Source: Patescibacteria group bacterium
GTDB lineage: Bacteria > Patescibacteriota > Patescibacteriia > Patescibacteriales > UBA12465
DNA length: 64,000 bases
Direction of reading: 5' to 3'
Assembly: GCA_041651195.1 (NCBI GenBank)
Contig: JBAZJR010000003.1
Coordinates: forward strand, 82,441-146,440
In this document: positions 28,300-38,248 of the stretch, piece by piece
How positions within the stretch are numbered: the first letter of the stretch is position 1
Layout of the letters: the number at the start of each line of letters is the position of its first letter
Program-made: the position numbers and the translations under genes
The notes under the pieces: generated by a model
The model's input: the letters and a program-made list of their open reading frames with translations, nothing else
What the model was told of the DNA's origin: nothing
Database searches by the model: none

Positions 28300-31200
28300 A
28301 TGTCAAAATTTTACTCTGGCTTAAAAAAGTTTTTTAACCTAAAGGAAGACGCTCAGAAGCAAAGGGCGACTGAAATAGAAGTCGAGCCGAGCCAACCGGC
28401 AGTGGAGGAAAAGCTAGTCGAGACCGAAATGAAAATCAAGAGCCAGGAATTATCTCCAGCCGCTATTGATATTCAGGGATTATCTGATGATAAGAAGCCG
28501 ATTGTCGCGGCGACGCTAGGTCGAGCGGATTCGGAGCTTGTCGCCGCCAAGCAGGATTCTTTAGGTAGTCTGTCCGAGATTAAAAAATTAAGTTTTACAG
28601 CCGGCGTAGTAGATACTTCAGATATTTTACGGAGTCGAGCCTATCGGGTAGCTTCGGAACAGATGACGGCTGAGAAAGGCGAGCTGAAAGGCTTCAAAGG
28701 TATCCTGAAGAAGATCTGGAAGTATAATTATGCGGAAAATTATTTGCACGGCAAAGCTCGGGTAGAAATAAAGAAAAAGATGGTCGAAAGCGATAATCTG
28801 TATATTGGCGAGAAGCTGAGCCCGTCCGAGCAGGCGGCCGCTAATGCCGATTTCCAGGCCGCGACTCTGTCCCGCTTCACTTCCGAGATCAAGGAAATGG
28901 TCGAAGAAAATCTGGGAGAAAAGAAAGAGGAGCTTAAGGATAGCCCGGAAACCAAGAAGATAAAAAGTGACCTAAAAAAGATCATTAACGATTATGCGGA
29001 CGGCCGCTTGGATCAGGCGGGATTCGAAGGCGCGAAGCGGACTATTTTTGCCGCGATTGAGGGCAGCCAAGACCAGACTACGATCAAGAAGAGCGAGATG
29101 TATGTCGATAATTTCTTGGCAATCGCCGTGCAAGTTAAAGAGATCAAAGACAATATCCGCTTGGCCGCCGACCACCAGGCGAAACTAGCCCAGTTTGATT
29201 TTGATATTAATTTGGTCTTGGGAAAAGCAAAAGAGGGGGTCAAGACCGAAACCCATTATAATCTAGCGGAAAGGACCGTGGAAAGATTGCGCCAGACAAA
29301 GTTAGGTAGTCTAGTCAATGAGACGACTTTAGCGGCGGCCGTCGGCCTGACCTATTCGGCCGGCTCCTTCGTGTCCCAGCGCGTGATCCGTTCCAAAGCT
29401 TTAGCGATCGGCACCTTAGGCTTAGCGGCCGGCGTGTCTGGCGCTTATGCCGGCGTCAAGGAAAGCCAGATGCAGAAGCGGGAGCGGCAGACTTTAGAGG
29501 CGCGCACGGCGATTCAGACCTTGAATATCCAAGTAGAAAAAAATCGTCTCGCTAGCGAAATAACAGCTCTAGAAAGCGCCCGACAGAGCTCTAGCAATCC
29601 CAAGGAGCTACAAAAGATCAAGAAGAGCATCAAGGCTTTAGAGCAGGAGCAGGAAAAACTAGAGTCTCAGGAAAAGTTTCTGTACGAGAAGGTTACGGCG
29701 AATGAATTAAATGCTAATTTGGACAAAGCTTTAGAAAAACAACTGCAATCCGCTCCAGAAGTAGACGCGCTTTTAGATAATTTAGCTGATATTGAGGCGC
29801 GCTTGGAACTTTCCAATGAACGGAAGATAGATTTGATCAGCTATTCCAGCCTGACCAGCGTGGAAAAGGAGCGGCAGAAATTACTTCAGTCCAAATGGCA
29901 GGCGAAACAGAAGTTAGCCAGCTTGCCAGCGGGTATCGCTCAGGATTGGGAGAAACGGCTGAAAGATCTGACGACTCTGCATCGCGGCGCGCTCTTGGAC
30001 GATGAAAAAGGCGGCATCAAACAGAAAGATAAGGAATTCAATAAGCATAAGAACAAGGAAGTTTTTAAGAAAGTAACGCAGAACCTGATTATCGGCTTGA
30101 CGGTCGGCGCTGCGGCGCAGGAAGGCTTTGCTCTCTTGAGCGATAAGCAGGAAGGCCTGGTCGAGAATCTGATCAAAGGCAATGACCGGGCGATCGGCAG
30201 CCGTGATACGGCGTTAGAAACTTTAAAGAATTTTATCACCGGTAACGCCAGTGCCGGCAAGTTGCACGAAATAGCTATCGATAATGGCCTGATCAAGATG
30301 CCGGCTAATTGTAATTGGCTGCCTAATCCGGACGGCTCTTTCAATCTCGTGCGCGGATCAGAGGTTTTAGCCGAACACCTAACAGTCAATCCGGACGGAT
30401 CCTTGACTGAAGAAGCGAAAGGCGTCTTGGCAGCAGAAAATATTCAGGCCAATGTTAGCCAGTATGTGATCCAACCGGGCGAGACGGTGACCGCGGCCAC
30501 CCAGACCGGGCCAGCCGACTATATTGCTAAGCATCCCGAGAGCTTTAAGCAGGTCAGCCGCGAGTTATGGTATGCCAATGACACCCCGATGTATATGGGC
30601 GAGGATGGCAAGCTGCATGGCGCGGATTTGAACGAATTGCGGGAACAATGGGGCGGCGATCGCGGCTCGGGCATCAACCTGAAGACTAATAGCTATGAAA
30701 TGACGGCTTTCAAGATGACGCCGGACGGCTCATTCGAAACCGTGGGCGGCACTAAATTGAGCGAGAACGCCGCGGAGCTTATCAAGGAAGGGAAGATGAA
30801 ATTCCTATTCTCCCTATCTGACGGCACTCAGGATCAGGTCATTGAAATCCCAGTCGATCCGGCGACCGGCAAAATCAGCGTGGAGCGCGAGAGCGACCTG
30901 GGCAGGCTATTGTTCGGTGAAAAGGACGGGCGCGCCGTCCTGAAGGCACGCTTTTCCGAGGTAGCAGTTTCCGCTGGCTTGGGCAAGGATGGAGTCGAGA
31001 AAGTACATGTTTTCGCGACTGCGGTTGGTGAGGGTCTAAAGGAGATTGATGAGAGCGTCGTGACTAATGTGCCGCCGCACATGGGGACGGCGACCGCATT
31101 AGACATCCCGCGAGAAACAGATCTGCCGCCCTTTGTCCCGATCGGCTGGCGGAAGCCTTTGGAGCCGGTAAAGAAGAAAACAAAACCAGGAGTGCCGCCG

Positions 31201-33012
31201 GTCCCGACTCTGATGCCCAGCTCTTATTACGACCGTTATTATGGAGGCAAGCAAAAAGAAGATTATGTCGATCTTAATCGTTATCGGGCGTCGTCGGGTA
31301 ACGCCAATCTATTAGCGGCGCGATTCGGCTTGACGCCGGAGTCGGCTCAGGCCACGAAGCCGGACTCAGAGTCGGGGGTTAATATAGCAGAAGATAATCA
31401 GGATTCCGATGCTGAAGACAACGCCAAACTTAAAGCCAGAGGATTAAACGTTACCCTGGACAGGGAAGATAATAGCGCCATCCTCAAGAACGACGCCAAA
31501 TCTAAACGGAAGGGCTTGCGTATTACCTTAGATAGAGAAGACGCCTATAATCCGGGCAATCAGAATAAAACGGACGTGATCGATTTACAGGGCTATAAAG
31601 ATAAGAGCAGCGAAGAAGGAAAAGAGGCAGCGGCAGCCGAAAAGCGCCAGAAATATTCTTTTATTTTTGATCAATTAGCCGTACTCCAGAATTATGATCA
31701 GCAGAGTGACAAGGTAAAAGCCAAGATCAATAAAGATTGGGATCATTTCAACAAGCAGCGCCATAGCGGCAGCCCCTTGAGCCTCAATGAATATATCGGT
31801 CAGCAGATCACCCGGCTTTATCATCAGATCGACAATGTCTTGATGAGTGAAGCTAAGGTGGGAGACAAGCCCTTCAGTCCCGAATTCTATCAGAACGCTC
31901 CTTTAGTCAAGGGCTTGGAACGGGCGCAAGAGGTAGTTATCATCTTGGATACGCCGATTGGCGACGCGGTATTGACCATCCCAGCTCTACTGGCTGTCCA
32001 GAAGTATTTGGAACTCAATAAGATGAATAAGCCGATCAAGTTGGTGACCAGTCCGATGGGCATGGATCTTTTCAAATGCATGAAAGACCAATTTCCTAAG
32101 GATGTAGAATTGATCAACTATGAAGAAATGGGTTCGGCTTTCGCCAATGACAAACAGGAAAAGTTTGTCATCAATGCTCATAAAGACTTTAAAGACTATG
32201 CCTCGCTGAATTTACAGGACGGCGATAATAAAGATCTTTCCCGCGTCATGTCTGTAGCCTGGGATAGCTGGACTAAAGAGGAGGTGCCGAAAAGAGCCGG
32301 CTTCTTGGAAAAATATGATGCTATTCCCGCCCGGATCATGAGAAATTTTGAAAATATGTTCGGCCAGAAACTGTTCGGGGATATCAATAAGATGGACCAT
32401 TACCTGGGAAAAAACAAGGATTTCGATAAAGTTTCGACTGAACTGAAAGATAAATATAAGATCAAGCCAGACGAGCAGATAGTAGTCATTTCGGCCGGGT
32501 CATCCGTTCAGCCCAAAGAATATGAGCCGGAAAAATGGGAGAAAGTTATCGATGATACTATCCAGAAATATCCGAAAGCGCACATCCTATTCTTGCAAGA
32601 TCCTAATCCAGAACGGTGGGCCAGATATAGTCCGATGATAAATAAGATCACCAGTCAAAAGAGCGGCCGCTTTGACGTCGTGGCTGAGCCGACCTCGCGC
32701 TTGAACGCCATGATGTCTATGGCTGATGTCACGGTGACTCCCGATACGGGCCTAGGTCATTATGCCAGCGCCTTGGGTCGGCCGAATATCATGTTAATCT
32801 TGGGTGATCCGGTACGCTGGTCAAATGCCAAGACGGATCGGATCATGCATAAAAAAGCTCGAGAAACTTATGCTAAGAATGCCGGGACTTATTCTATCGC
32901 CTGGACAGCGGATGCTGGTTACTATGTTAATGATAGAGGGGAGATGATAGGCTCATCCAATCTTGATCCGGCGCTGATTAATCAATCTCTGGAAAAATAT
33001 CTGAAAAAGTAA
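28300..33012 (+). CDS. Large coiled-coil/hydrophobic-segment protein with C-terminal glycosyltransferase family 9 domain (putative effector 2)
   Basis: 1570 aa; IGDAVLTIPALLAV, SAGSSVQPKEYEPEKW and TPDTGLGHYASALGRPNI match GT9 (RfaF/WaaC-type) motifs. Confidence 0.85.
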   Translation: MSKFYSGLKKFFNLKEDAQKQRATEIEVEPSQPAVEEKLVETEMKIKSQELSPAAIDIQGLSDDKKPIVAATLGRADSELVAAKQDSLGSLSEIKKLSFTAGVVDTSDILRSRAYRVASEQMTAEKGELKGFKGILKKIWKYNYAENYLHGKARVEIKKKMVESDNLYIGEKLSPSEQAAANADFQAATLSRFTSEIKEMVEENLGEKKEELKDSPETKKIKSDLKKIINDYADGRLDQAGFEGAKRTIFAAIEGSQDQTTIKKSEMYVDNFLAIAVQVKEIKDNIRLAADHQAKLAQFDFDINLVLGKAKEGVKTETHYNLAERTVERLRQTKLGSLVNETTLAAAVGLTYSAGSFVSQRVIRSKALAIGTLGLAAGVSGAYAGVKESQMQKRERQTLEARTAIQTLNIQVEKNRLASEITALESARQSSSNPKELQKIKKSIKALEQEQEKLESQEKFLYEKVTANELNANLDKALEKQLQSAPEVDALLDNLADIEARLELSNERKIDLISYSSLTSVEKERQKLLQSKWQAKQKLASLPAGIAQDWEKRLKDLTTLHRGALLDDEKGGIKQKDKEFNKHKNKEVFKKVTQNLIIGLTVGAAAQEGFALLSDKQEGLVENLIKGNDRAIGSRDTALETLKNFITGNASAGKLHEIAIDNGLIKMPANCNWLPNPDGSFNLVRGSEVLAEHLTVNPDGSLTEEAKGVLAAENIQANVSQYVIQPGETVTAATQTGPADYIAKHPESFKQVSRELWYANDTPMYMGEDGKLHGADLNELREQWGGDRGSGINLKTNSYEMTAFKMTPDGSFETVGGTKLSENAAELIKEGKMKFLFSLSDGTQDQVIEIPVDPATGKISVERESDLGRLLFGEKDGRAVLKARFSEVAVSAGLGKDGVEKVHVFATAVGEGLKEIDESVVTNVPPHMGTATALDIPRETDLPPFVPIGWRKPLEPVKKKTKPGVPPVPTLMPSSYYDRYYGGKQKEDYVDLNRYRASSGNANLLAARFGLTPESAQATKPDSESGVNIAEDNQDSDAEDNAKLKARGLNVTLDREDNSAILKNDAKSKRKGLRITLDREDAYNPGNQNKTDVIDLQGYKDKSSEEGKEAAAAEKRQKYSFIFDQLAVLQNYDQQSDKVKAKINKDWDHFNKQRHSGSPLSLNEYIGQQITRLYHQIDNVLMSEAKVGDKPFSPEFYQNAPLVKGLERAQEVVIILDTPIGDAVLTIPALLAVQKYLELNKMNKPIKLVTSPMGMDLFKCMKDQFPKDVELINYEEMGSAFANDKQEKFVINAHKDFKDYASLNLQDGDNKDLSRVMSVAWDSWTKEEVPKRAGFLEKYDAIPARIMRNFENMFGQKLFGDINKMDHYLGKNKDFDKVSTELKDKYKIKPDEQIVVISAGSSVQPKEYEPEKWEKVIDDTIQKYPKAHILFLQDPNPERWARYSPMINKITSQKSGRFDVVAEPTSRLNAMMSMADVTVTPDTGLGHYASALGRPNIMLILGDPVRWSNAKTDRIMHKKARETYAKNAGTYSIAWTADAGYYVNDRGEMIGSSNLDPALINQSLEKYLKK

Positions 33013-33030
33013 ATTTGCTTTTGATCAGTG

Positions 33031-33058
33031 GCCCGGGCTTTAAATCAGCCCGGGTTTT
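33031..33058 (+). terminator. Intrinsic terminator
   Basis: GCCCGGGCT-ttaaatc-AGCCCGGGT followed by T tract. Confidence 0.8.
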
Positions 33059-33162
33059 TAGTTTTTTTTCTTGCTTAAATCCCTAAAATAAGTTAATATT
33101 TTAGAGAACAAAAGCTTAATTTTTCTTCAAATTTTAGAAGAGTTTGAAATATTTTTTATTTT

Positions 33163-34467
33163 ATGTCAAGAGTATCAATCTCAGAAGCTAAAAAACAGGG
33201 GGCTGGCCAGGTCACAGTCGCCGGCTGGGTGCGCAATATCCGAGCTCATAAGGGAGTGGCCTTCGTCGATCTGTGCGATTTGTCGGGCGCGATGCAAGTC
33301 GTCTTTGCCGGCGATAATGAAGTTTATGCTAGGGCTGAGAAATTACGGTTGGAAAGCGTAATCGAAGTTACCGGTCTTTTGCAGACCAGGCCGCCCAAGA
33401 AGAATGACCCCAATCCGACGCCGGATTTTGAATTAGCGGCTAGCGCGCTCCAGGTCGTTTCTTTAGCTGACGAAAATCTGCCGATCCCGGTCTTGCTCAA
33501 GGGCGATAATGAAGCTAGTTTGGATAATCGCCTTGATTGGCGCTGGCTGGATCTGCGGCAGGAGAAGAACCAGATGATCTTCAAAACTTGGACTAAATTA
33601 GAGGAGGGCTTCCGCGAGTATTTTTCCCGGCAAAATTTCATCCAGGTCTATACTCCTTGCCTGATGAGCACTTCTTCGGAAACCGGTTCCGAGGTTTTTG
33701 AAGTAAAATATTTTGAAAAGAAAGCTTATTTATCACAGTCGCCGCAATTCTACAAGCAGATGGCGATGGCTTCCGGTTTGGAAAAAGTTTTTATGGTCGG
33801 GCCGGTCTTCCGCGCCGAATTATCTTTTACGACCCGGCACGTGACGGAGTTCACCGGCTGGGATTTTGAGGTTTCTTATCCTGATTCTCATTTAGACGTG
33901 ATGGCGATCGAAGAGGATCTTCTGATTTCGGGATTCAAGAAAGTCAAAGAAGACTTAGGGCTCGATTTAGCCGTGCCGACGAAGCCTTTCCCGAAGATCA
34001 CGCTCGCCGAAGCGAAAGAAAAATTGAAAGCGGCCGGCGTGACCGGCGAGAAAGAATTTGATTTTTCGACCGAAGAAGAGAAGGAGCTCGGTGAGATCAT
34101 CAAGCGGGAAACCGGGCATGATTTCGTCTTCGTGACCGATTATCCGATCGAGGCCCGCCCTTTCTACCATATGCGTCATGCTGATCAGCCGAATCTGACC
34201 AAGAGTTTCGATCTCTTATATCGTGGCTTAGAAATAACGACCGGGTCGCAACGCGAGCACCGCGTGGAAGTTCTAGAGAAACAGGCGATCGAAAAGGGAA
34301 TGAGTTTGGAAGAATTGAAAGATTATTTGAATTTTTTCCGCTATGGCTGCCCGAGCCATGGCGGCGCGGGAATCGGCCCGGCGCGTATTATCATGAAGAT
34401 GCTGGACTTAAGCAGCGTCAAAGAGGCCTGTTTCTTGCCGCGAGATGTGAAACGGCTGACGCCGTAA
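33163..34467 (+). CDS. aspS: Aspartate--tRNA ligase, short archaeal/non-discriminating type
   Basis: 434 aa, no GAD insertion; RLDWRWLDLR, YLSQSPQFYKQ, GPVFRAE, GCPSHGGAGIGPAR. Confidence 0.88.
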   Translation: MSRVSISEAKKQGAGQVTVAGWVRNIRAHKGVAFVDLCDLSGAMQVVFAGDNEVYARAEKLRLESVIEVTGLLQTRPPKKNDPNPTPDFELAASALQVVSLADENLPIPVLLKGDNEASLDNRLDWRWLDLRQEKNQMIFKTWTKLEEGFREYFSRQNFIQVYTPCLMSTSSETGSEVFEVKYFEKKAYLSQSPQFYKQMAMASGLEKVFMVGPVFRAELSFTTRHVTEFTGWDFEVSYPDSHLDVMAIEEDLLISGFKKVKEDLGLDLAVPTKPFPKITLAEAKEKLKAAGVTGEKEFDFSTEEEKELGEIIKRETGHDFVFVTDYPIEARPFYHMRHADQPNLTKSFDLLYRGLEITTGSQREHRVEVLEKQAIEKGMSLEELKDYLNFFRYGCPSHGGAGIGPARIIMKMLDLSSVKEACFLPRDVKRLTP

Positions 34468-34540
34468 GGATCGCGCCCCGGAAGGAATAAGGCGCGCCGA
34501 AACTAGCCTGTCTAGCCGAGCAAATTAACGCCATTTTATT

Positions 34541-35932
34541 ATGCCTATCATCTTAATTAAATCATTATATCGTTCTACCGCGGAATATTTAAATAAAGAG
34601 ATTATGGTCGCCGGCTGGGTGCGCACCGCGCGCAGTTCTAAGGATTTTGGTTTCATCGAGATCAACGACGGCTCTTTTTTCAAGGGCTTGCAGGTCGTTT
34701 TCGCCTCTGACCTGGCGAATTTTTCCGAAATAGAGCATATCAGCGTCGGTTCTTCACTGGAAATAGAGGGGACATTAGTAGAATCTCCGGCCGCCGGCCA
34801 GGCCTTCGAGCTCAAAGCGACCAAGATTACGATCATCAACCTGGCGCCAGCCGACTATCCGCTCCAGAAGAAGAAGCACAGCTTTGAATTCTTGCGCACG
34901 ATCGCCCACCTGCGCGGCCGCAGCAATACTTTTTCCGCGGTTTTCCGCCTGCGCTCCGTCCTGAGCTTCGCGATCCATAAATTTTTCCAAGAAGAAGGCT
35001 TCAGCTATATCCAGACCCCGATAATTTCCACGAGCGACTGCGAAGGCGCCGGTGAGATGTTTCAGGTGACGACCTTAGACCTCAAGAAGCCGGCCCGGGA
35101 TGAAAAAGGGGAGACGGATTATGCCGCTGATTTCTTCGGGAAAAAAGCGGGCTTGACCGTGAGCGGCCAGCTCAATGCCGAGGCTCTGGTGATGGGATTG
35201 AATAAGGTTTATACTTTCGGTCCGACTTTCCGGGCGGAAAATTCCAATACGACCAGGCACGCCTCGGAATTCTGGATGATGGAGCCGGAAATGGCTTTTG
35301 CCGACCTGAATGATGATATGATGCTAGCCGAGAAGATGCTGAAGTATCTGATCGCTCATATCCTGAAAGAATTGCCGGAAGAGATGGAATTCTTCAATAA
35401 ATTCATTGATCCGGGCATCGCGGAGCGCTTGAATAATATCTTGAACTCTGAATTCGGACGCGTTACTTATACGGCCGCGATCGAAATATTAGAAAAGTCT
35501 GGCGAAAAATTTGTCTTTCCGGTCAAATGGGGGATCGATCTGCAGACGGAACACGAAAGGTATCTGACCGATAAAGTCTACCAGAAACCGGTCTTCGTCA
35601 CCGATTACCCGAAGGATATCAAGGCTTTCTATATGCGCTTGAACGAAGACGGGAAGACGGTCGCGGCGATGGATCTGCTCGTGCCTGGCATCGGCGAGAT
35701 CATCGGCGGCAGCCAAAGGGAAGAACGTTTGGAATATCTGGAGAAACGGATGGGTGAGATGGGCCTGAAAAAGGAAGATTACGCCTGGTATCTGGATTTG
35801 CGTAAATACGGTTCGGTCAAACATGCCGGTTTCGGCTTAGGCTTTGAGCGCCTGATCATGTATCTGACCGGTATGGCGAACATTCGTGACGTGATCCCGT
35901 TCCCGCGGACGCCGAAGAACGCGGAATTTTAA
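34541..35932 (+). CDS. asnS: Asparagine--tRNA ligase
   Basis: [40 protein letters not shown]. Confidence 0.97.
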   Translation: MPIILIKSLYRSTAEYLNKEIMVAGWVRTARSSKDFGFIEINDGSFFKGLQVVFASDLANFSEIEHISVGSSLEIEGTLVESPAAGQAFELKATKITIINLAPADYPLQKKKHSFEFLRTIAHLRGRSNTFSAVFRLRSVLSFAIHKFFQEEGFSYIQTPIISTSDCEGAGEMFQVTTLDLKKPARDEKGETDYAADFFGKKAGLTVSGQLNAEALVMGLNKVYTFGPTFRAENSNTTRHASEFWMMEPEMAFADLNDDMMLAEKMLKYLIAHILKELPEEMEFFNKFIDPGIAERLNNILNSEFGRVTYTAAIEILEKSGEKFVFPVKWGIDLQTEHERYLTDKVYQKPVFVTDYPKDIKAFYMRLNEDGKTVAAMDLLVPGIGEIIGGSQREERLEYLEKRMGEMGLKKEDYAWYLDLRKYGSVKHAGFGLGFERLIMYLTGMANIRDVIPFPRTPKNAEF

Positions 35933-35950
35933 TCTTAGTATATTTAATTT

Positions 35951-36958
35951 ATGAGCCTGTTCTTTCTCGCTTTTATATCTATCGCGGCGTTTCTGGTCAT
36001 AGCTTTGATCTTAGCGATCCGCGAAGACAATAACCATATGCCTAATAAACAAAACGCCAAGTATGCTTTTTATTATCTCCTGTCGCTCGTGGCTCTGATT
36101 TTCACGGCCCAAGCGGTCGGGATGATCTCTTTCCACATCATCAATCAGACCGTGGCCGATGTCTTGAACAGTTACAGCGGCAACGATGGCCAATTGAAGT
36201 TTGCTATTTCCGCCTTATTCATCGCCGCGCCGATCTTTTTCGCTATTTCCGCGCTGATTCTGAAGGGGCTGCGTGGCGGCGAATTAGATAAGGATTCCGC
36301 TATCCGCCGCTGGCTGACTTATTTCATCCTTTTCGTTTCCTCTTTGGTGGTCCTCGGGGTATTCATCAGCGCGATCAACGCTTTCTTAGACGGGGAACTC
36401 ACTAGCCGCTTCGCTCTGAAAGCGCTGACGATCTTCGTGATCGCCGCCGTGGTCTTTTCTTATTATTTTTATGACATTAAGCGGGAGAACCCTGAGCAGA
36501 AAGACACTGTCGTGAAGATCTACTTCTGGGCCTCTTTAGCCCTGGTCTTAGCCGCTTTTATCGCCGCCTGGTTCTTCGTGGAGTCGCCGGCCACTGCTCG
36601 CGCCCGCCGCTTGGACCAGTCTTTGGTCAACAATATCTCTAATCTGGAAGTGGCCGTCAACAGCTACTATGAACGCCATAAGAAATTGCCGGACACGCTG
36701 GAAATCCTGGCTAGCGATGCCAATGTCTACCTGGACAGCGAATCACTGTTCGATCCGGAAACTAAGTCCCCGATCGTCTATCAGTTAGTAGGCGCTCAGG
36801 ATTTTGACCTCTGCGCCACTTTCCGCCTAGATAGCGCCGAAGATGGCAGCGGACAGATGAAGGTCTCTTACCCGGGCGACAAGAGCCATCGAGCTGGCTA
36901 TCAATGTCTGCGCGGCAATCTTTATGTCTTGCCAGAGGCGTCGTTAAAGCAATTATGA
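35951..36958 (+). CDS. DUF5671-like multi-pass membrane protein
   Basis: IRRWLTYFILFV..FLDGELTSRF; SPATARARRLD. Confidence 0.65.
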   Translation: MSLFFLAFISIAAFLVIALILAIREDNNHMPNKQNAKYAFYYLLSLVALIFTAQAVGMISFHIINQTVADVLNSYSGNDGQLKFAISALFIAAPIFFAISALILKGLRGGELDKDSAIRRWLTYFILFVSSLVVLGVFISAINAFLDGELTSRFALKALTIFVIAAVVFSYYFYDIKRENPEQKDTVVKIYFWASLALVLAAFIAAWFFVESPATARARRLDQSLVNNISNLEVAVNSYYERHKKLPDTLEILASDANVYLDSESLFDPETKSPIVYQLVGAQDFDLCATFRLDSAEDGSGQMKVSYPGDKSHRAGYQCLRGNLYVLPEASLKQL

Positions 36959-37683
36959 TAGAGGTCACGACCGAAAAATTTTCCGGGCCGCTCGGCCTGC
37001 TCTTGAGCTTGATCGAGAGCGAAGAGCTGGATATTACCGAAGTTTCTCTGGCGAAGATCGCGGACGAGTATGTCGCCTATATCCGGGCCGCCCAGGATAT
37101 CAATCCGGAAGAGCTGGCAGATTTTTTAGTGATCGCCGCCAAGCTCTTGTTTATAAAATCCAAGGCTTTATTACCCTATCTGTATTCCGGTGAAGAAGAG
37201 GAGGAAATCAATGACCTGGAACGGCAACTCAGGATGTATAAGGAATTCGTGGCGGCCAGCCAGACGGTCAAAGCCTTGATCGGCGAGGGGCGCTGGCTGT
37301 ATCTACCGCCCTTTGCCGGCGCCAAGAGCCGGCGCGGCCAATTCAATCTACCGGTCTTTTCACCCCCTGCTAAATTGACGCCTATCCTCTTGCATGAGAA
37401 ATTCTTATTGCTCCTGGCCCGCCTAGAGAAGCAGCGGGAAGAGGTCTTGCCGGAAGCGACCTTGGAACCGAAAATAAATATCGAGGACCGGATCGCGGCG
37501 ATCAAGCAATTGCTCGTCGATAAGATCAAGGTTAATTTTTCCCGCCTCCTGGCTAGCGCGGCTACGAAAACGGAGGTCATTGTCAGCTTTTTGGCCGTCC
37601 TAGAACTAGCTAAACAGAAAGAATTATGCTTTGAACAGGATGAGCTCTTTAGCGAAATCCGGATCAGCCGGCAGATAGATTAA
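36955..37683 (+). CDS. scpA: Segregation and condensation protein A
   Basis: FSGPLGLLLSLI, FLVIAAKLLFIKSKALLP, VSFLAVLEL; ATGA overlap start. Confidence 0.93.
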   Translation: MIEVTTEKFSGPLGLLLSLIESEELDITEVSLAKIADEYVAYIRAAQDINPEELADFLVIAAKLLFIKSKALLPYLYSGEEEEEINDLERQLRMYKEFVAASQTVKALIGEGRWLYLPPFAGAKSRRGQFNLPVFSPPAKLTPILLHEKFLLLLARLEKQREEVLPEATLEPKINIEDRIAAIKQLLVDKIKVNFSRLLASAATKTEVIVSFLAVLELAKQKELCFEQDELFSEIRISRQID

Positions 37684-37692
37684 ATCAATCAT

Positions 37693-38238
37693 ATGTCTCT
37701 AAAATCACAATTAGAATCATTATTATTCGTTTCCCTAAAGCCGCTCGCGGCCAAGGATCTGGCTGGTTTGACGAAAACCAAGGCTAAAGAAGTAGAGGAA
37801 GCTCTGGCGGAATTGGCTCAGGATTGCCAGGCGGGCGGACGCGGCCTGACTTTGGTGAAAAATAATAATCAGTATCAGCTCGCGACTACGGGCGATAATT
37901 CCGGTTTGATCAAGGAATTCTTAAAGGATGAGACGAGCGGGGAATTATCCCAGCCCAGCCTGGAAGCTTTAACTATTATCGCTTACCGTGGGCCGATCGC
38001 TAAGCTAGAGCTCGATCGGATCCGGGGAGTCAATTGCGCACTTATTATCCGCAATTTACTCCTGCGCGGCTTGATCGAGGAAAGATTCGAGAAGAGCAAG
38101 AATGAATATTTTTATACGGTGACCCATGATTTTATCCGTTTCTTAGGTTTGAGCAAAGTGTCCGACCTGCCGGATTACGAAAGATTAAATCAGGTCGAAA
38201 CGATTGCGGCCAGCCTGGCTGACTCGCAGAACGAGTAA
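37693..38238 (+). CDS. scpB: SMC-Scp complex subunit ScpB
   Basis: LSQPSLEALTIIAYRGP, IRGVN, FLGL..V.DLP. Confidence 0.95.
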   Translation: MSLKSQLESLLFVSLKPLAAKDLAGLTKTKAKEVEEALAELAQDCQAGGRGLTLVKNNNQYQLATTGDNSGLIKEFLKDETSGELSQPSLEALTIIAYRGPIAKLELDRIRGVNCALIIRNLLLRGLIEERFEKSKNEYFYTVTHDFIRFLGLSKVSDLPDYERLNQVETIAASLADSQNE

Positions 38239-38248
38239 TCCTGTCCAC

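Noticed and set aside
34468-34530. GC-rich spacer between aspS and asnS as a possible T-box
   Set aside because: Too short and lacks the T-box consensus and terminator
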